DNA from: Deltaproteobacteria bacterium
GTDB lineage: Bacteria; Desulfobacterota; Binatia; HRBIN30; JACQVA1
Length of the DNA stretch: 64,000 nucleotides
Direction of reading: 5' to 3'
Assembly: GCA_016210005.1 (NCBI GenBank)
Contig: JACQVA010000158.1
Span: 75,180-139,179 of the forward strand
Shown here: positions 48,993 through 58,760 of the stretch, piece after piece
Position numbering within the stretch: the first letter of the stretch is position 1
Layout of the letters: the number at the start of each line of letters is the position of its first letter
The notes under the pieces: model-generated
Seen by the model: only the letters and a program-made list of their open reading frames with translations
Told to the model about the DNA's origin: nothing
Databases searched by the model: none
Made by a program: the position numbers and the translations under genes

Positions 48993-51900
48993 TGCCACCG
49001 CCTACTGAGGCCCTGGCCAGTTCAACGCTCCGAGAGGCATTCGGAACGGAGCGATATCGGCAAGCCCTCGGAGCATCGCGGGCGTGGTTGCTGCGCTCCG
49101 TGCTGGATCAAGTTGCCGCGGGCGATTCGTCGCAACTCGCAACGCTAGTAGACGAGGATGCGCTTCTGATTGAGAGAGCTCTCGCCGTAGCGGAGCTGTC
49201 GGCTTTAGAGCTGTTGGACGAATGGGCCAATGATCCAAAGGGACGCCGGGCCGCGTTATTTCGTGAGGCAGCGAGCGATGCATTTTATCTGGCCCGCGCG
49301 GTTCCGCTTCCACCCGACACAGATGAGGCCCTAAAAGCGTTCCTGCGCCTCGTGTCTTTTGCTGTTCTTGGAGACCGATCTGCGGATGCGCGTCGCTGGT
49401 TGCACGAGCATCCGTGGCCGAAGCCTGATTCGGATGCGCCGTGGGACGCGCGGGTGTTCCAGTTTGCCACCGACGCCTTCCTGCGAGTCGTTCGCAAGGA
49501 GGGCTGGCAGGATCTCCATCAGGTGGCCAAGGCAATTGGAGAACTCCGAACCCTTCAGACGACTTTCGAATCGTCCCATCTTAAGGACAGTGGCGACTGT
49601 GTGGATCGAGCCGCCCTCGAACTCGTCTCTCTCTATCACTTTGCGAAAGCCGTGGAGACCTTGGCCTCATATGCTGCGAAGGGTACGCCGACAAGTGTAG
49701 TCGATGAGCTGAAGTTCCATTACGCGCGTTCGATTCGGGCTGCTGGTGCCGCTGCGATCTTCGAACTGGAGATCCTCCTCCGATGGGTGCGTGCTGCGTG
49801 CCTCCAGGTTGCGCAGAACTCGGTCTGGTGGCTGCTCCGATCCTTCAATTCTCAGATCTCTCAGCACGTTCGGAACCTCGCCGCAGAAGCAAACGACCGG
49901 CCTCTACTGGAGCTGCTACCGCCGCAACGTCGAGCGCTACTCGACGAAGGGCTCCTTGATCCTGCCAACCGAGCGGTAGTTGTCGAAACACCAACGTCGA
50001 GCGGCAAGACGCTCCTCGCCGAGTTTCGGATTCTTCAGGCCCGGAACAGCTTCCCCAAGTGCTGGGTTGCCTACCTCGTGCCCACACGTGCTCTCGTGAA
50101 CCAGATATTGCTGCGCCTGCGTCGTGACCTGGGGCCACTGGGTATCCAAGTAGAGAGTGCGACTCCAGCCATCGAGATCGACGTCTTCGAGGAGGAGCTT
50201 CTGGTTGTGGCAGACGAGGTCGATGTTCTCGTGACCACACCGGAGAAGCTGGACCTGCTTGTGCGGAGCCGTCAACGCGGTCGACCGCTTGGTCTCGTTG
50301 TTCTTGATGAGGCCCACAACCTGGGCGAGGGTGAGCGCGGATTGCGTGCTGAACTTCTTCTCTCCACTCTGAACCGAGAATGCCCCGACGCCCAGTTTCT
50401 CTTGCTGACGCCCTTCGTACCGAACGCTAGCGAACTGGCAACGTGGCTAGACGAGCAGCGTTCAAAAGCGATCGTCGCGCTTGATTGGCAGCCAAACGAC
50501 TTCACTGTTGCCTACGCCTACGCAACGGGCCAGCGTCGCAGCTGGGAACTTCGCCTACGAACGCTGCACACGAGCCGCCCGGGTATAGAACTGGACGAAG
50601 AACTGGTTCTATCAGGGACGCCATCGCCTCTTGATATCCCCGTGTCGAAGGCTCGATCAAAGAGCGCGACAGCGGCTGCGATTGCGAAGTCTCTGTCGTC
50701 GCGCGGCACAGTCATTTTGCTCGCGTACTCCCCCCGGGACACTTGGAGCATTGGGGAACTGCTGTCGAAGAACATGCCCGACGTTGATCCTCCAAAGGAT
50801 CGAATCGATCTGGTTCAGCGATTCCTGGCCACTGAATTGGGCAGCGACTTTCAGCTTTCTGCTCTGCTATCGAAAGGCATCGCCGTGCACCATGCGGGGC
50901 TGCCTCCCGATGTTCGGTTCTTGATTGAATGGCTTGCCGAGGAGGGAGAGATTCGGGTTCTTGTGGCGACGACGTCACTCGCCCAAGGCGTGAACTTCCC
51001 GGTTTCGTCTGTCGTCCTCGCTACGCATCAGCTGTATCAACCGTACGCCGGCCGCCAGGCCATGGCGCCGGCAGCGTTCTGGAACATCGCCGGGCGAGCT
51101 GGGCGAATCTTTCAAGAGACTCTTGGGCTCATCGTTTTCGCTTCTGTGGACGAGGAAGCCAAGGAGATCAGGGAATTCGTCGGACAGAACGTGACACAGC
51201 TCGCTTCGACCCTTGAAGCGATGGTTGAAGAGGTTCTGCAGCGCGGATGGGACCTCAACCTTGCGTCACTCGTCCGCAGCGATCGGCGCTGGTCTAGCTT
51301 CGTGCAGTATCTGGCACATGCCTATCGGTTGGCGGCCGACCATGGCAAGTTCATCGCCGATACAGAGAAGCTACTTCGAGGCACTCTCGGCTATCGCCGT
51401 CTGGCCGAGTCGCGACCCGTCGTTGCAGAGCAATTGGTCGACTCTGCCCGAGCCTACGCGGAGACATTGGCGAAGATGGGGCCGGGCATCGTGTCGCTGG
51501 TCGATACCACCGGTTTCTCCGGAGAATCGATCTTGGAACTGCTGTCCCGCAAGGAGCAGATTCCCAGCGACCCGACAGCATGGGTGCCGGGGAAACTCTT
51601 CTCCGGCTCAGTGAACGAGCTTCAAGGTATCATCGGGGCGCTCCTGCCGGTTCGAGAGTTACAGTTCGAGGCAGGTGGTGGAGCTGGGGGAAATGAGATC
51701 GCCACTGTGATTTCAAAGTGGGTGCTCGGGCGTTCCATCCGGAACATTGCCGAAGATCACTTCCAGGATGGTGGTGACATCACTGCGGCCATAACGGAAT
51801 GCTGTCGTGGGCTCTTCCAGCGACTGATCCAGCCCGCAGCATGGGGCCTCGGCGCGGCGCAAGCTCTCGCCAGCATCGACACGGCCACGCTCTCTCCTGA

Positions 51901-52189
51901 GCAGGTCGAGGAGGTACGAACGCTACCAGCAATGGTCTATTACGGCGTGGACACGGTTCCTGGCGTGCTTATGCGATCTCTCTCCGTACCGCGCTCTGTG
52001 GCGGTACCGCTAGGTGAACGATTTGCGAGGGAGACTGCGGGAGGAACGGGGCCGCGGTTGCCACGGGCGCGCATATGGCTGGAGCAGCAGCCTGTGGCCA
52101 CGTGGGAAGCCGTGCGGCGGCAGGCTGCGGCAGTATCCGGAGCCGACTACCGACGAGTGTGGCGAATATTGGCCGGTCTGGACCGGTAG
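48992..52189 (+). CDS. SF2 Ski2-like DEAH-box helicase, candidate Hachiman HamB
   Basis: Walker A VVVETPTSSGKT, DEAH box LVVLDEAHNLG, helicase C motif VLVATTSLAQGVNFP; 1066 aa; translationally coupled to upstream gene. Confidence 0.65.
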   Translation: MPPPTEALASSTLREAFGTERYRQALGASRAWLLRSVLDQVAAGDSSQLATLVDEDALLIERALAVAELSALELLDEWANDPKGRRAALFREAASDAFYLARAVPLPPDTDEALKAFLRLVSFAVLGDRSADARRWLHEHPWPKPDSDAPWDARVFQFATDAFLRVVRKEGWQDLHQVAKAIGELRTLQTTFESSHLKDSGDCVDRAALELVSLYHFAKAVETLASYAAKGTPTSVVDELKFHYARSIRAAGAAAIFELEILLRWVRAACLQVAQNSVWWLLRSFNSQISQHVRNLAAEANDRPLLELLPPQRRALLDEGLLDPANRAVVVETPTSSGKTLLAEFRILQARNSFPKCWVAYLVPTRALVNQILLRLRRDLGPLGIQVESATPAIEIDVFEEELLVVADEVDVLVTTPEKLDLLVRSRQRGRPLGLVVLDEAHNLGEGERGLRAELLLSTLNRECPDAQFLLLTPFVPNASELATWLDEQRSKAIVALDWQPNDFTVAYAYATGQRRSWELRLRTLHTSRPGIELDEELVLSGTPSPLDIPVSKARSKSATAAAIAKSLSSRGTVILLAYSPRDTWSIGELLSKNMPDVDPPKDRIDLVQRFLATELGSDFQLSALLSKGIAVHHAGLPPDVRFLIEWLAEEGEIRVLVATTSLAQGVNFPVSSVVLATHQLYQPYAGRQAMAPAAFWNIAGRAGRIFQETLGLIVFASVDEEAKEIREFVGQNVTQLASTLEAMVEEVLQRGWDLNLASLVRSDRRWSSFVQYLAHAYRLAADHGKFIADTEKLLRGTLGYRRLAESRPVVAEQLVDSARAYAETLAKMGPGIVSLVDTTGFSGESILELLSRKEQIPSDPTAWVPGKLFSGSVNELQGIIGALLPVRELQFEAGGGAGGNEIATVISKWVLGRSIRNIAEDHFQDGGDITAAITECCRGLFQRLIQPAAWGLGAAQALASIDTATLSPEQVEEVRTLPAMVYYGVDTVPGVLMRSLSVPRSVAVPLGERFARETAGGTGPRLPRARIWLEQQPVATWEAVRRQAAAVSGADYRRVWRILAGLDR

Positions 52190-52249
52190 CGCCAGCCAGG
52201 GGCCGCGTGCATGACCGGGGTGGAGTTGCAGCAGGCGATGTCTGCGAAT

Positions 52250-52392
52250 CCCCTTTCCAACGGGTCGGCGTGGACGAGCAGCGTGCTTTCGTCGCGCTCG
52301 ATGCCGTCAACGGGGAGGTCGACGAGATGTGCCGCCTGGAGGCCCGGGACGTCGAACTGCTCATCCAACACCTTCAGCGGGGAGTTGTAAGT
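52250..52392 (+). pseudogene. hsdS C-terminal remnant (~45 codons)
   Basis: ESPFQRVGVDEQRAFVALDAVNGEVDEMCRLEARDVELLIQHLQ parallels the hsdS C-terminus ELPFPYVCVELQRAIVAQLDTVQTEVNEMCRLQAHDAELLDQVEQ at 47930-48070. Confidence 0.5.
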
Positions 52393-53400
52393 ATGGCAAC
52401 GGCGGAACAGGTGAAGGCCCTCTTGAAGAGCTACTCGCAGGGCGACAGCGAGCACTTCGTCTCCGTTGCGCTCCAGATCGCCGCGCATGAGGCGCGTACC
52501 GGCAAGGGCAAGCTTGCACAGGAGCTCCGGAACCTCGTCGACGACATCAAGCGAAGAGATGCGGCGGGCAGGATTGGTGGAGCCGTGCCGATCGCGAGGC
52601 CGACGGGGGAACTGGCGGGCCTCCTGGCAGTGACCTATCCAAAGCCCCGCCTTTCGGAGATGGTCCTCAGCGACAAGACATGCGAGCAGGTCGAACGCGT
52701 CCTGCGCGAGTACCGCCAACGCGACAAACTGCGCGCACATGGCCTCTCCGCTCGTCGCAAGCTCTTGCTGATTGGACCGCCTGGCTGTGGCAAGACGATG
52801 ACCGCATCTGTCTTGGCCGGCGAGCTGAAACTGCCGCTCTTCTCTGTGCAGCTCCACGGGCTGATCACCAAGTTCATGGGCGAGACGGCGGCCAAGCTGC
52901 ACGTGGTGTTCGAGGCGATGAGACAGACGCGTGGCGTCTATTTCTTCGACGAGTTCGACGCCATCGGCGCCGATCGCGGCACCAAGAATGACGTCGGCGA
53001 AATCCGGCGCGTCCTCAATTCGTTCCTCCAGTTCCTGGAGCAAGATGACTCCGAGAGTATCATCATCGCCGCAACCAACTACGTCGGCATGCTCGATGAG
53101 GCGCTGTTTCGGCGCTTTGACGACGTCATCCGCTACGGGCGACCTGCAGACCGCCAGGTTGACGATCTCGTGCGCAACCGGCTCGCGGGGCTTCTCGTGA
53201 AACGACCCGACTGGGCACACATTTGCAAAGCCGCGGCTGGTCTGAGCCACGCTGATATTGCCCGCGCCTGTGACAACGCGGCCAAGGACTGCATCCTTCG
53301 CGGGACAAAGCGCATCAACACGGCGATGCTTGCCTCGGTTCTCGGCGAACGTCGCGGTTCGGAGCACTCTGAGGGCGCTCACGATTCGCGCGTCGGCTGA
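52393..53400 (+). CDS. Classic-clade AAA family ATPase
   Basis: LLLIGPPGCGKTMTA Walker A, VYFFDEFD Walker B, second region of homology; start MATAEQVKALL. Confidence 0.75.
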   Translation: MATAEQVKALLKSYSQGDSEHFVSVALQIAAHEARTGKGKLAQELRNLVDDIKRRDAAGRIGGAVPIARPTGELAGLLAVTYPKPRLSEMVLSDKTCEQVERVLREYRQRDKLRAHGLSARRKLLLIGPPGCGKTMTASVLAGELKLPLFSVQLHGLITKFMGETAAKLHVVFEAMRQTRGVYFFDEFDAIGADRGTKNDVGEIRRVLNSFLQFLEQDDSESIIIAATNYVGMLDEALFRRFDDVIRYGRPADRQVDDLVRNRLAGLLVKRPDWAHICKAAAGLSHADIARACDNAAKDCILRGTKRINTAMLASVLGERRGSEHSEGAHDSRVG

Positions 53401-53574
53401 TCATGGCCAACCTGCCGCATCTCTTTCCGCCGGGAACAGCGGCCGCCAAACAGTACACCTACGCTCGGGAGGTCAAAGGTAGGCCACTCAAGGTCCCAAC
53501 TCGTGATCGCGTACCACACGGGACCAAGCTGATCCACGGCCTACGAGACGCGGAACAACAACGAACAGCTCTAC

Positions 53575-53744
53575 ATCCGCACCGGCAACTCGACGCGGTT
53601 GCTGACGACGAAGGAAGCCATCGACTACTGCAAGAGTCGGTGGAAGATAGCATGATGGTGCGGCACTACGGCTTCACGGACGAGGAGTTCGACCTTTTCG
53701 CCAACTACGTCATCAGGTACCGCCTGGACGGCGAGGCGGACTGA
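53575..53744 (+). repeat. Repeat A1: degenerate AlbA_2-gene 3-prime fragment + downstream conserved ~85 bp
   Basis: ...YIRTGNSTRLLTTKEAIDYCKSRWKIA* then tgatggtgcggcactacgg...; ~90% nt identity to A2/A3. Confidence 0.7.
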
Positions 53745-54931
53745 TGCCGCGAAAACCCGCCAAGGTGAAGACATCCGAGCATGGCCTGAACTTCACCGCC
53801 CTGGTCGAAGCGGTCCGGCAGGTGCACGAGCGAAGCGCCGCCACAGCTGCTCGTGCGGTGAATGTGAGCCTCACCCTGCGTAACTGGCTCATCGGGCGGC
53901 ACATCTGCGAGTACGAGCAGCGCGGTGCTGACCGCGCCGAGTACGGCGACCGTCTGCTGGAGCGGTTGGCCGAGGCGTTGCGCCGGAGGGACGCGGACAT
54001 GTCCGCCCGATCACTCCGGCTCTACCGCCAGTTTTACCTCGTCTATCCCGAGATTTGGCAATCGGCGATTGCCAAGTCCTCAGGCAGCCACTTGTCGGAA
54101 CCGATTTGGCGGTCACTGATTGCCAAATCCAGCACAAGCGGTCTTTTCCGGGAACCGACGACTCCCAAATCAAAGACATCCCGACGACTGGGGATTGATG
54201 GGCGCCTGCTCATCGCTCGGCTTTCGTTCACCCATCTGGCTGAACTCATTGCCATCGACGACCCACTCAAACGCGCCTTCTACGAGGTGGAATGCATTCG
54301 CGGCAACTGGTCGGTGCGGGCGCTCAAGCGCCAGATCGCGACCCTGTACTTCGAGCGCTCGGGGCTCTCCACCAACAAGGAAGACCTTGCGGCGCTGACC
54401 CACGGCGCCGCCGAAGAGGCCGAGCCGAAACTCGCTATTCGTGACCCCTATGTTTTCGAGTTCCTCGGCCTTCGGCCAAAGGAGGCGGTCAGCGAATCCG
54501 ACCTGGAGGATGCCCTGCTCGACAAGCTGCAGGACTTTCTCCTGGAACTGGGCCACGGCTTCTGTTTCGAGGCGCGACAGAAGAGCATCGTCATCGGCAA
54601 GACGCGCGGCTTTGTGGACCTCGTCTTCTATCACCGCGTTCTCAAGTGCCATGTGCTCATCGAGCTGAAGGTCGACGAGTTTCGCCACGAACACCTTGGC
54701 CAGCTCAACACCTACGTCACCTGGTGTCGGCGGCACATGATGGCCGAACACGACAACCCGCCGGTGGGCCTGCTGCTCTGCACGCAGAAGGACCATGCTC
54801 TGGTGGAGTACGCGCTCGCCGGCATGGACAGCGGCCTGTTCGTCTCCAAGTACCAGCTCGAACTGCCGAGCAAGGAAGACCTGAGGCGTTTCCTGGAGGA
54901 AAAGCGCCGGGAGATGAACGACCGTGGATAA
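53744..54931 (+). CDS. DUF1016/YhcG-family PD-(D/E)xK nuclease domain protein
   Basis: C-terminal GFCFEARQKSIVIGKTRGFVDLVFYHRVLKCHVLIELKVDEF restriction-endonuclease-like core; 395 aa. Confidence 0.7.
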   Translation: MPRKPAKVKTSEHGLNFTALVEAVRQVHERSAATAARAVNVSLTLRNWLIGRHICEYEQRGADRAEYGDRLLERLAEALRRRDADMSARSLRLYRQFYLVYPEIWQSAIAKSSGSHLSEPIWRSLIAKSSTSGLFREPTTPKSKTSRRLGIDGRLLIARLSFTHLAELIAIDDPLKRAFYEVECIRGNWSVRALKRQIATLYFERSGLSTNKEDLAALTHGAAEEAEPKLAIRDPYVFEFLGLRPKEAVSESDLEDALLDKLQDFLLELGHGFCFEARQKSIVIGKTRGFVDLVFYHRVLKCHVLIELKVDEFRHEHLGQLNTYVTWCRRHMMAEHDNPPVGLLLCTQKDHALVEYALAGMDSGLFVSKYQLELPSKEDLRRFLEEKRREMNDRG

Positions 54932-55496
54932 ACATTGCCTTGCCCGAGGGGGGGATCTCTATCCGGACATCTTGTGTACCCGCCTTGGAGAAGACGCACC
55001 AGCAACGCTCACGGCAATCGGCTCCCTGGCACATCTCGCCCAACGCAAGACAGCGCTCTTCTGCTCCGCGCGCACCCCCGGCCACATCATCCTCGCCGCC
55101 TACGACCAGGCCGCGCGCTGGCGCGACGCGGGCCGCTGCGTCATCAGCGGCTTCCATTCCCCGGTGGAGAAAGAATGCCTGCGCATTCTCCTGCGCGGCC
55201 GGCAACCCGTCATCATCTGCCTCGCTCGCGGAGTGGAGGGTATGCGCCTGCCGGCCGAATGGAAAGCGGCGATGGCGGACAACCGATTGCTGGTCCTGTC
55301 GCCGTTCCCCGCATCGGAACGACGGGTGACCAAGAGCCTGGCCACGGACCGCAATCGACTCGTGGCTGCTCTAGCCGATGAGGTCGTGTTCGGCCATATC
55401 ACACCGGGCGGCCACCTGGATGAATTGAGGTGGCTCATTGTTAGCTGGCGAGTTCCCCAGCGCGTGCTCTCGGATGGAGCCGAGCTACCGTCATGA
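54924..55496 (+). CDS. DprA/Smf-like SLOG Rossmann-domain protein (stand-alone)
   Basis: ALFCSARTPGHIILAAYDQAARWRDAGRCVISGFHSPVEKECL...DRNRLVAALADEVVF matches the DprA Rossmann core; overlaps the DUF1016 gene by 8 nt. Confidence 0.6.
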   Translation: MDKHCLARGGDLYPDILCTRLGEDAPATLTAIGSLAHLAQRKTALFCSARTPGHIILAAYDQAARWRDAGRCVISGFHSPVEKECLRILLRGRQPVIICLARGVEGMRLPAEWKAAMADNRLLVLSPFPASERRVTKSLATDRNRLVAALADEVVFGHITPGGHLDELRWLIVSWRVPQRVLSDGAELPS

Positions 55497-55790
55497 ACAC
55501 CGTCGGCAAAGACCTCACCCCCCAACTCGCCATCACCTTCCACTCCCTCGATGGCAAAGACCTCTGCCGCGTCACCATCCAACCCAGCCCGCGGCCGGTG
55601 TTCATCAAGGAAGGCCAGTTCGAGCACCTGTACATCCGCACCGGCAACTCGACGCGGTTGCTGACGACGAAGGAAGCGATCGAGTACTGCAGGACGCGGT
55701 GGAAGACAGCGTGATGACGCGGCACTGCATCAACTACGACATCAAGTACCGCATGGGCGGCGAGGCGGAGGCCGAGGACGAATGACCTAC
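55493..55790 (+). repeat. Repeat A2: AlbA_2 (Schlafen-like) domain C-terminal fragment ORF (73 aa) + downstream conserved segment
   Basis: MNTVGKDLTPQLAITFHSLDGKDLCRVTIQPSPRPVFIKEGQFEHLYIRTGNSTRLLTTKEAIEYCRTRW; start overlaps DprA-like stop (ATGA). Confidence 0.7.
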
Positions 55791-56033
55791 ACGTTGACGG
55801 CGCATGCGAAGAGGGTGCTGGCGGAGAGGGAGATCCGGCTCGATTGGCTCGAACGCACACTGAACGATCCGGTGTTGCGCCGACCCGATCCGGACGATAC
55901 TTCGATCGAGCGTCTCTATCGCCCGATCCCTGAGTTCGGTGGGCGGGTGTTGCGCGTGGCGGTGAACTCCACGGTTGCACCGGCCCGCGTCGTGAGCGTA
56001 TTCTTTGACCGGAGCATGAGAGGCAAACTATGA
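55782..56033 (+). CDS. DUF4258 family protein (putative toxin)
   Basis: MTYTLTAHAKRVLAEREIRLDWLERTLNDP... DUF4258 pattern; 83 aa. Confidence 0.55.
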   Translation: MTYTLTAHAKRVLAEREIRLDWLERTLNDPVLRRPDPDDTSIERLYRPIPEFGGRVLRVAVNSTVAPARVVSVFFDRSMRGKL

Positions 56034-56248
56034 GACTCCACGTGGACCAGGAAGCCGATGCGCTGTACCTGCGCTTGGACGACTCGCCAATCGTCGAATC
56101 CGAGGAGGTCTCCCCAGGTGTGGTGTTGGACTTCAACGCCGACAATCAGGTCGTGGGCGTCGAGATTCTGCGCCTCTCCCAACGCGCCCCCGGGCTGGAT
56201 GCGGGCAAGTTGGTGTTCGAGACGGCGCGAGCGACCGCGGCGCAGTAA
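56030..56248 (+). CDS. DUF2283 family protein (putative antitoxin of DUF4258)
   Basis: MRLHVDQEADALYLRLDDSPIVESEEV...VGVEIL; 4-nt overlap with DUF4258 gene. Confidence 0.55.
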   Translation: MRLHVDQEADALYLRLDDSPIVESEEVSPGVVLDFNADNQVVGVEILRLSQRAPGLDAGKLVFETARATAAQ

Positions 56249-56311
56249 CGCCACACACCGGACCATCGGTGCATCATTGCGCCGAGTGTTTGGCGACGGC
56301 GTTGTCCACGG

Positions 56312-56866
56312 ATGACCCCGTTGACCGTTGTGGCCGGTGCTCCCAGCTACCCAGATCGATTGCGAGAGCGCCTGGGTGCAGACGCGCCCGCGGAGCTGAG
56401 GTTGGTGGGCAACCTCGACGGGCTGGACCTGCCGAAGACAGCGCTCTTCTGCTCCGCGAGCAGTCCGGGTCACACCATCCTCGCCGCCTACGACCAGGCC
56501 GCACGCTGGCGCGACGAGGGCCGTTGCGTCATCAGCGGCTTCCATTCCCCGGTGGAGAAAGAATGCCTGCGCATTCTCCTGCGCGGTCGACAACCCGTCA
56601 TCGTCTGCCTCGCTCGCGGATTGCAAGGCATGCGCCTGCCGGCCGAATGGAAGCAGCCGCTGGCGGACAATCGGTTGCTCATCTTGTCGCAGTTCCCCGC
56701 CGCGGCGCGACGGGTCACCAAGGACCTCGCCACCGACCGCAATCGCCTCGTGGCGGCGCTGGCGGACGAGGTCGTGTTCGCGCACGTCGCCCCGGGAGGG
56801 CAGGTTGATGAATTGAAGCAGCTCGTCACGCGCTGGGGCATCCCGTACCAAACGGTCGTAGGATGA
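56312..56866 (+). CDS. DprA/Smf-like SLOG Rossmann-domain protein, paralog of 54924-55496
   Basis: ~85% aa identity to the first copy over the Rossmann core (KTALFCSASSPGHTILAAYDQAARWRDEGRCVISGFHSPVEKECL...). Confidence 0.6.
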   Translation: MTPLTVVAGAPSYPDRLRERLGADAPAELRLVGNLDGLDLPKTALFCSASSPGHTILAAYDQAARWRDEGRCVISGFHSPVEKECLRILLRGRQPVIVCLARGLQGMRLPAEWKQPLADNRLLILSQFPAAARRVTKDLATDRNRLVAALADEVVFAHVAPGGQVDELKQLVTRWGIPYQTVVG

Positions 56867-56950
56867 GAACCGTGGCGCTCAGGCCGGCTGCCGGATGTGA
56901 CTCGACCGCCCGTTGACAGCCGCAACGGAAATGGGTGAGAGGAGACCTCT

Positions 56951-58108
56951 ATGGATTCCGGAACGCCAACGCTGCGCTCTCGCGAGCGTTGGTACCGCAA
57001 GCTGGCGCGCCGTCCCGAATACGCTGCCGGCGTCACGCTGTTGGGATTATTGGCGGGGGTGCTCGGCTCTGTCTACAGCGCAGACATCGGGCGCGCGTTC
57101 CCATTTTCATGGATTGGTGGCACGGTTCCATAGCCGCCCGCTCTCTTCTGGGGCGCCGCGATCCTCACCGCCCTGTTCTTCTTTCTGCGCCAGGGAGCCA
57201 TTGACGCTGCTCGCCGAGAATCGGAGGAGAACCTCGGGCGTCGTTCGGATGAGCTGGTGAAGCTGATTAGCACCCTCCCTCCCAAAGGGTTTTTCTCCAC
57301 GTTCCAGCGATTGTACTGGCATTGCAGTGCCGTGCTGACAGATGTCCTCAACGTGCCGGCCGAAGAGCTGCCTGCTGCATCCGTTGAACGCGCGATTCGA
57401 ATCGTACTGAGTGAGGTTGCAGCGCTGGCGCATGACTTCGACGGCAGAGCCAGGGACGTGTTGTACGCTGCCAACATCATGCTGTTTCGGCCTGGCGAAT
57501 CGCTGCCCTCAGGAAGGACGGCATTGACCGAACGCCTACGCTTTGCCGAACCCGAAACCGACCTGACCGCCCTGGAAGGCGTCCTGGATCTGTGCGTGGA
57601 GCTTTCGACCACCACGCAAGCGGAAGACTACGGCCCCGATAAGGATCTGCAACCGATGGCGCTGCCTGTGCCCAGAGTCAAACGTAGCCCCGATGGGCGG
57701 CGAAGCCGCGTACTGCCGGGAGCGCCGCGCGCATATTCTGAACGTCTGTTGGACATTTACGCCGACACGCACACCCTGGGACAATGGTGCCGCGAGAAGG
57801 GCGACTTCAGCGAGACCGTGTGCACGCAGGTCGATGACTACTTCCGCAGCCAGCAGTCAGTGCGCAGCTTCGTGGCGGTTCCGCTGATGCAACTGCGCGA
57901 CGCGCGACCCCTGGCGGTGTTGAACATTCATCGCAACAGCGAGGGAATCCTGCGAACGAGAGCGGGATCGGACCCCGAGGTTTTGGATCAGTTCTCCGCT
58001 CTGCTCGGTCCGTTTTCGTCGACGTTGCTCTTGTTGCTGGCGCGCCTGGATCGATCGACGGCGCTCGGCGCACCATCTGTGTCGGGCAGCCAAGGGGTGC
58101 GGCATTAG
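56951..58108 (+). pseudogene. Membrane-anchored protein (2 TM + ~320-aa soluble domain) interrupted by an in-frame TAG at 57131-57133
   Basis: ORFs 56951..57133 and 57257..58108 are in the same frame; the sequence between (PPALFWGAAILTALFFFLRQ...) is a second TM helix. Alternatively a soluble protein starting at ATG 57257. Confidence 0.4.
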
Positions 58109-58351
58109 CGTGTTGCCTATGCTATGTCTTTTCGCCCCGGAGGAGGCACATGATGCGAGACACGAAGATCACCGTTGAGGAGCTCAACCGCAGGCTCGAC
58201 CAAACTGCCCGAGACCTGAAGCAGTTCATCTCCGAGCCCGACCGTCGCGAACGCTCGGTTGTCTTCCGGGACGGCGACCACGTGTCGGTGCGTATTCTGC
58301 CGAACAAGCCGGACGACGAGTAGCGCTGACTCCCTGATGATGTGAGCGCCT

Positions 58352-58760
58352 GTGCGCGCATTCGCGCCTCTGATCGGCGTCAACGACGACGCCACGGTCA
58401 TCGGCCTGCAGTACGATTACCAGGCCGTCCACAAGAAGAGCCGCGACGGCTACGAGCTGTTCCTCCATGACCTGTTGCTCAACAACGTCGGCAAAGACCT
58501 TACCCCGCAGCTCGGAATCACGTTCCACTCGCTCGACGGCAAAGACCTCTGCCTCGTCGCCATCCAACCCAGCCCGCGCCCGGTGTTCATCAAGGAGGGC
58601 CAGTTCGAGCACCTCTACCTCCGCAACGGCAATTCGACGCGGTTGTTGACGACGAAGGAAGCGATCGACTACTGCAAGACGCGGTGGAGGTCGGGGTGAT
58701 GCTTGCAGACGCAGCCGAGATCCCCTACCGCACGGGCCGCGGTGCAAATGGGGCGGCCGG
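58352..58760 (+). repeat. Repeat A3: longest AlbA_2 C-terminal fragment ORF (115 aa) + downstream segment
   Basis: LIGVNDDATVIGLQYDY...VFIKEGQFEHLYLRNGNSTRLLTTKEAIDYCKTRW. Confidence 0.7.

Noticed and set aside
52075-52249. Upstream extension of the AAA ATPase ORF into the helicase gene
   Set aside because: Overlaps the 3-prime end of the helicase in another frame with shadow-like composition. Only the ~45 codons after 52250 are meaningful, as an hsdS remnant, and the ATPase most likely starts at ATG 52393.
58141-58323. 60-aa ORF MMRDTKITVEELNRRLDQTARDLKQFISEPDRRERSVVFRDGDHVSVRILPNKPDDE as an antitoxin
   Set aside because: Plausible small gene between cassettes, but no recognisable family and no partner; not called.
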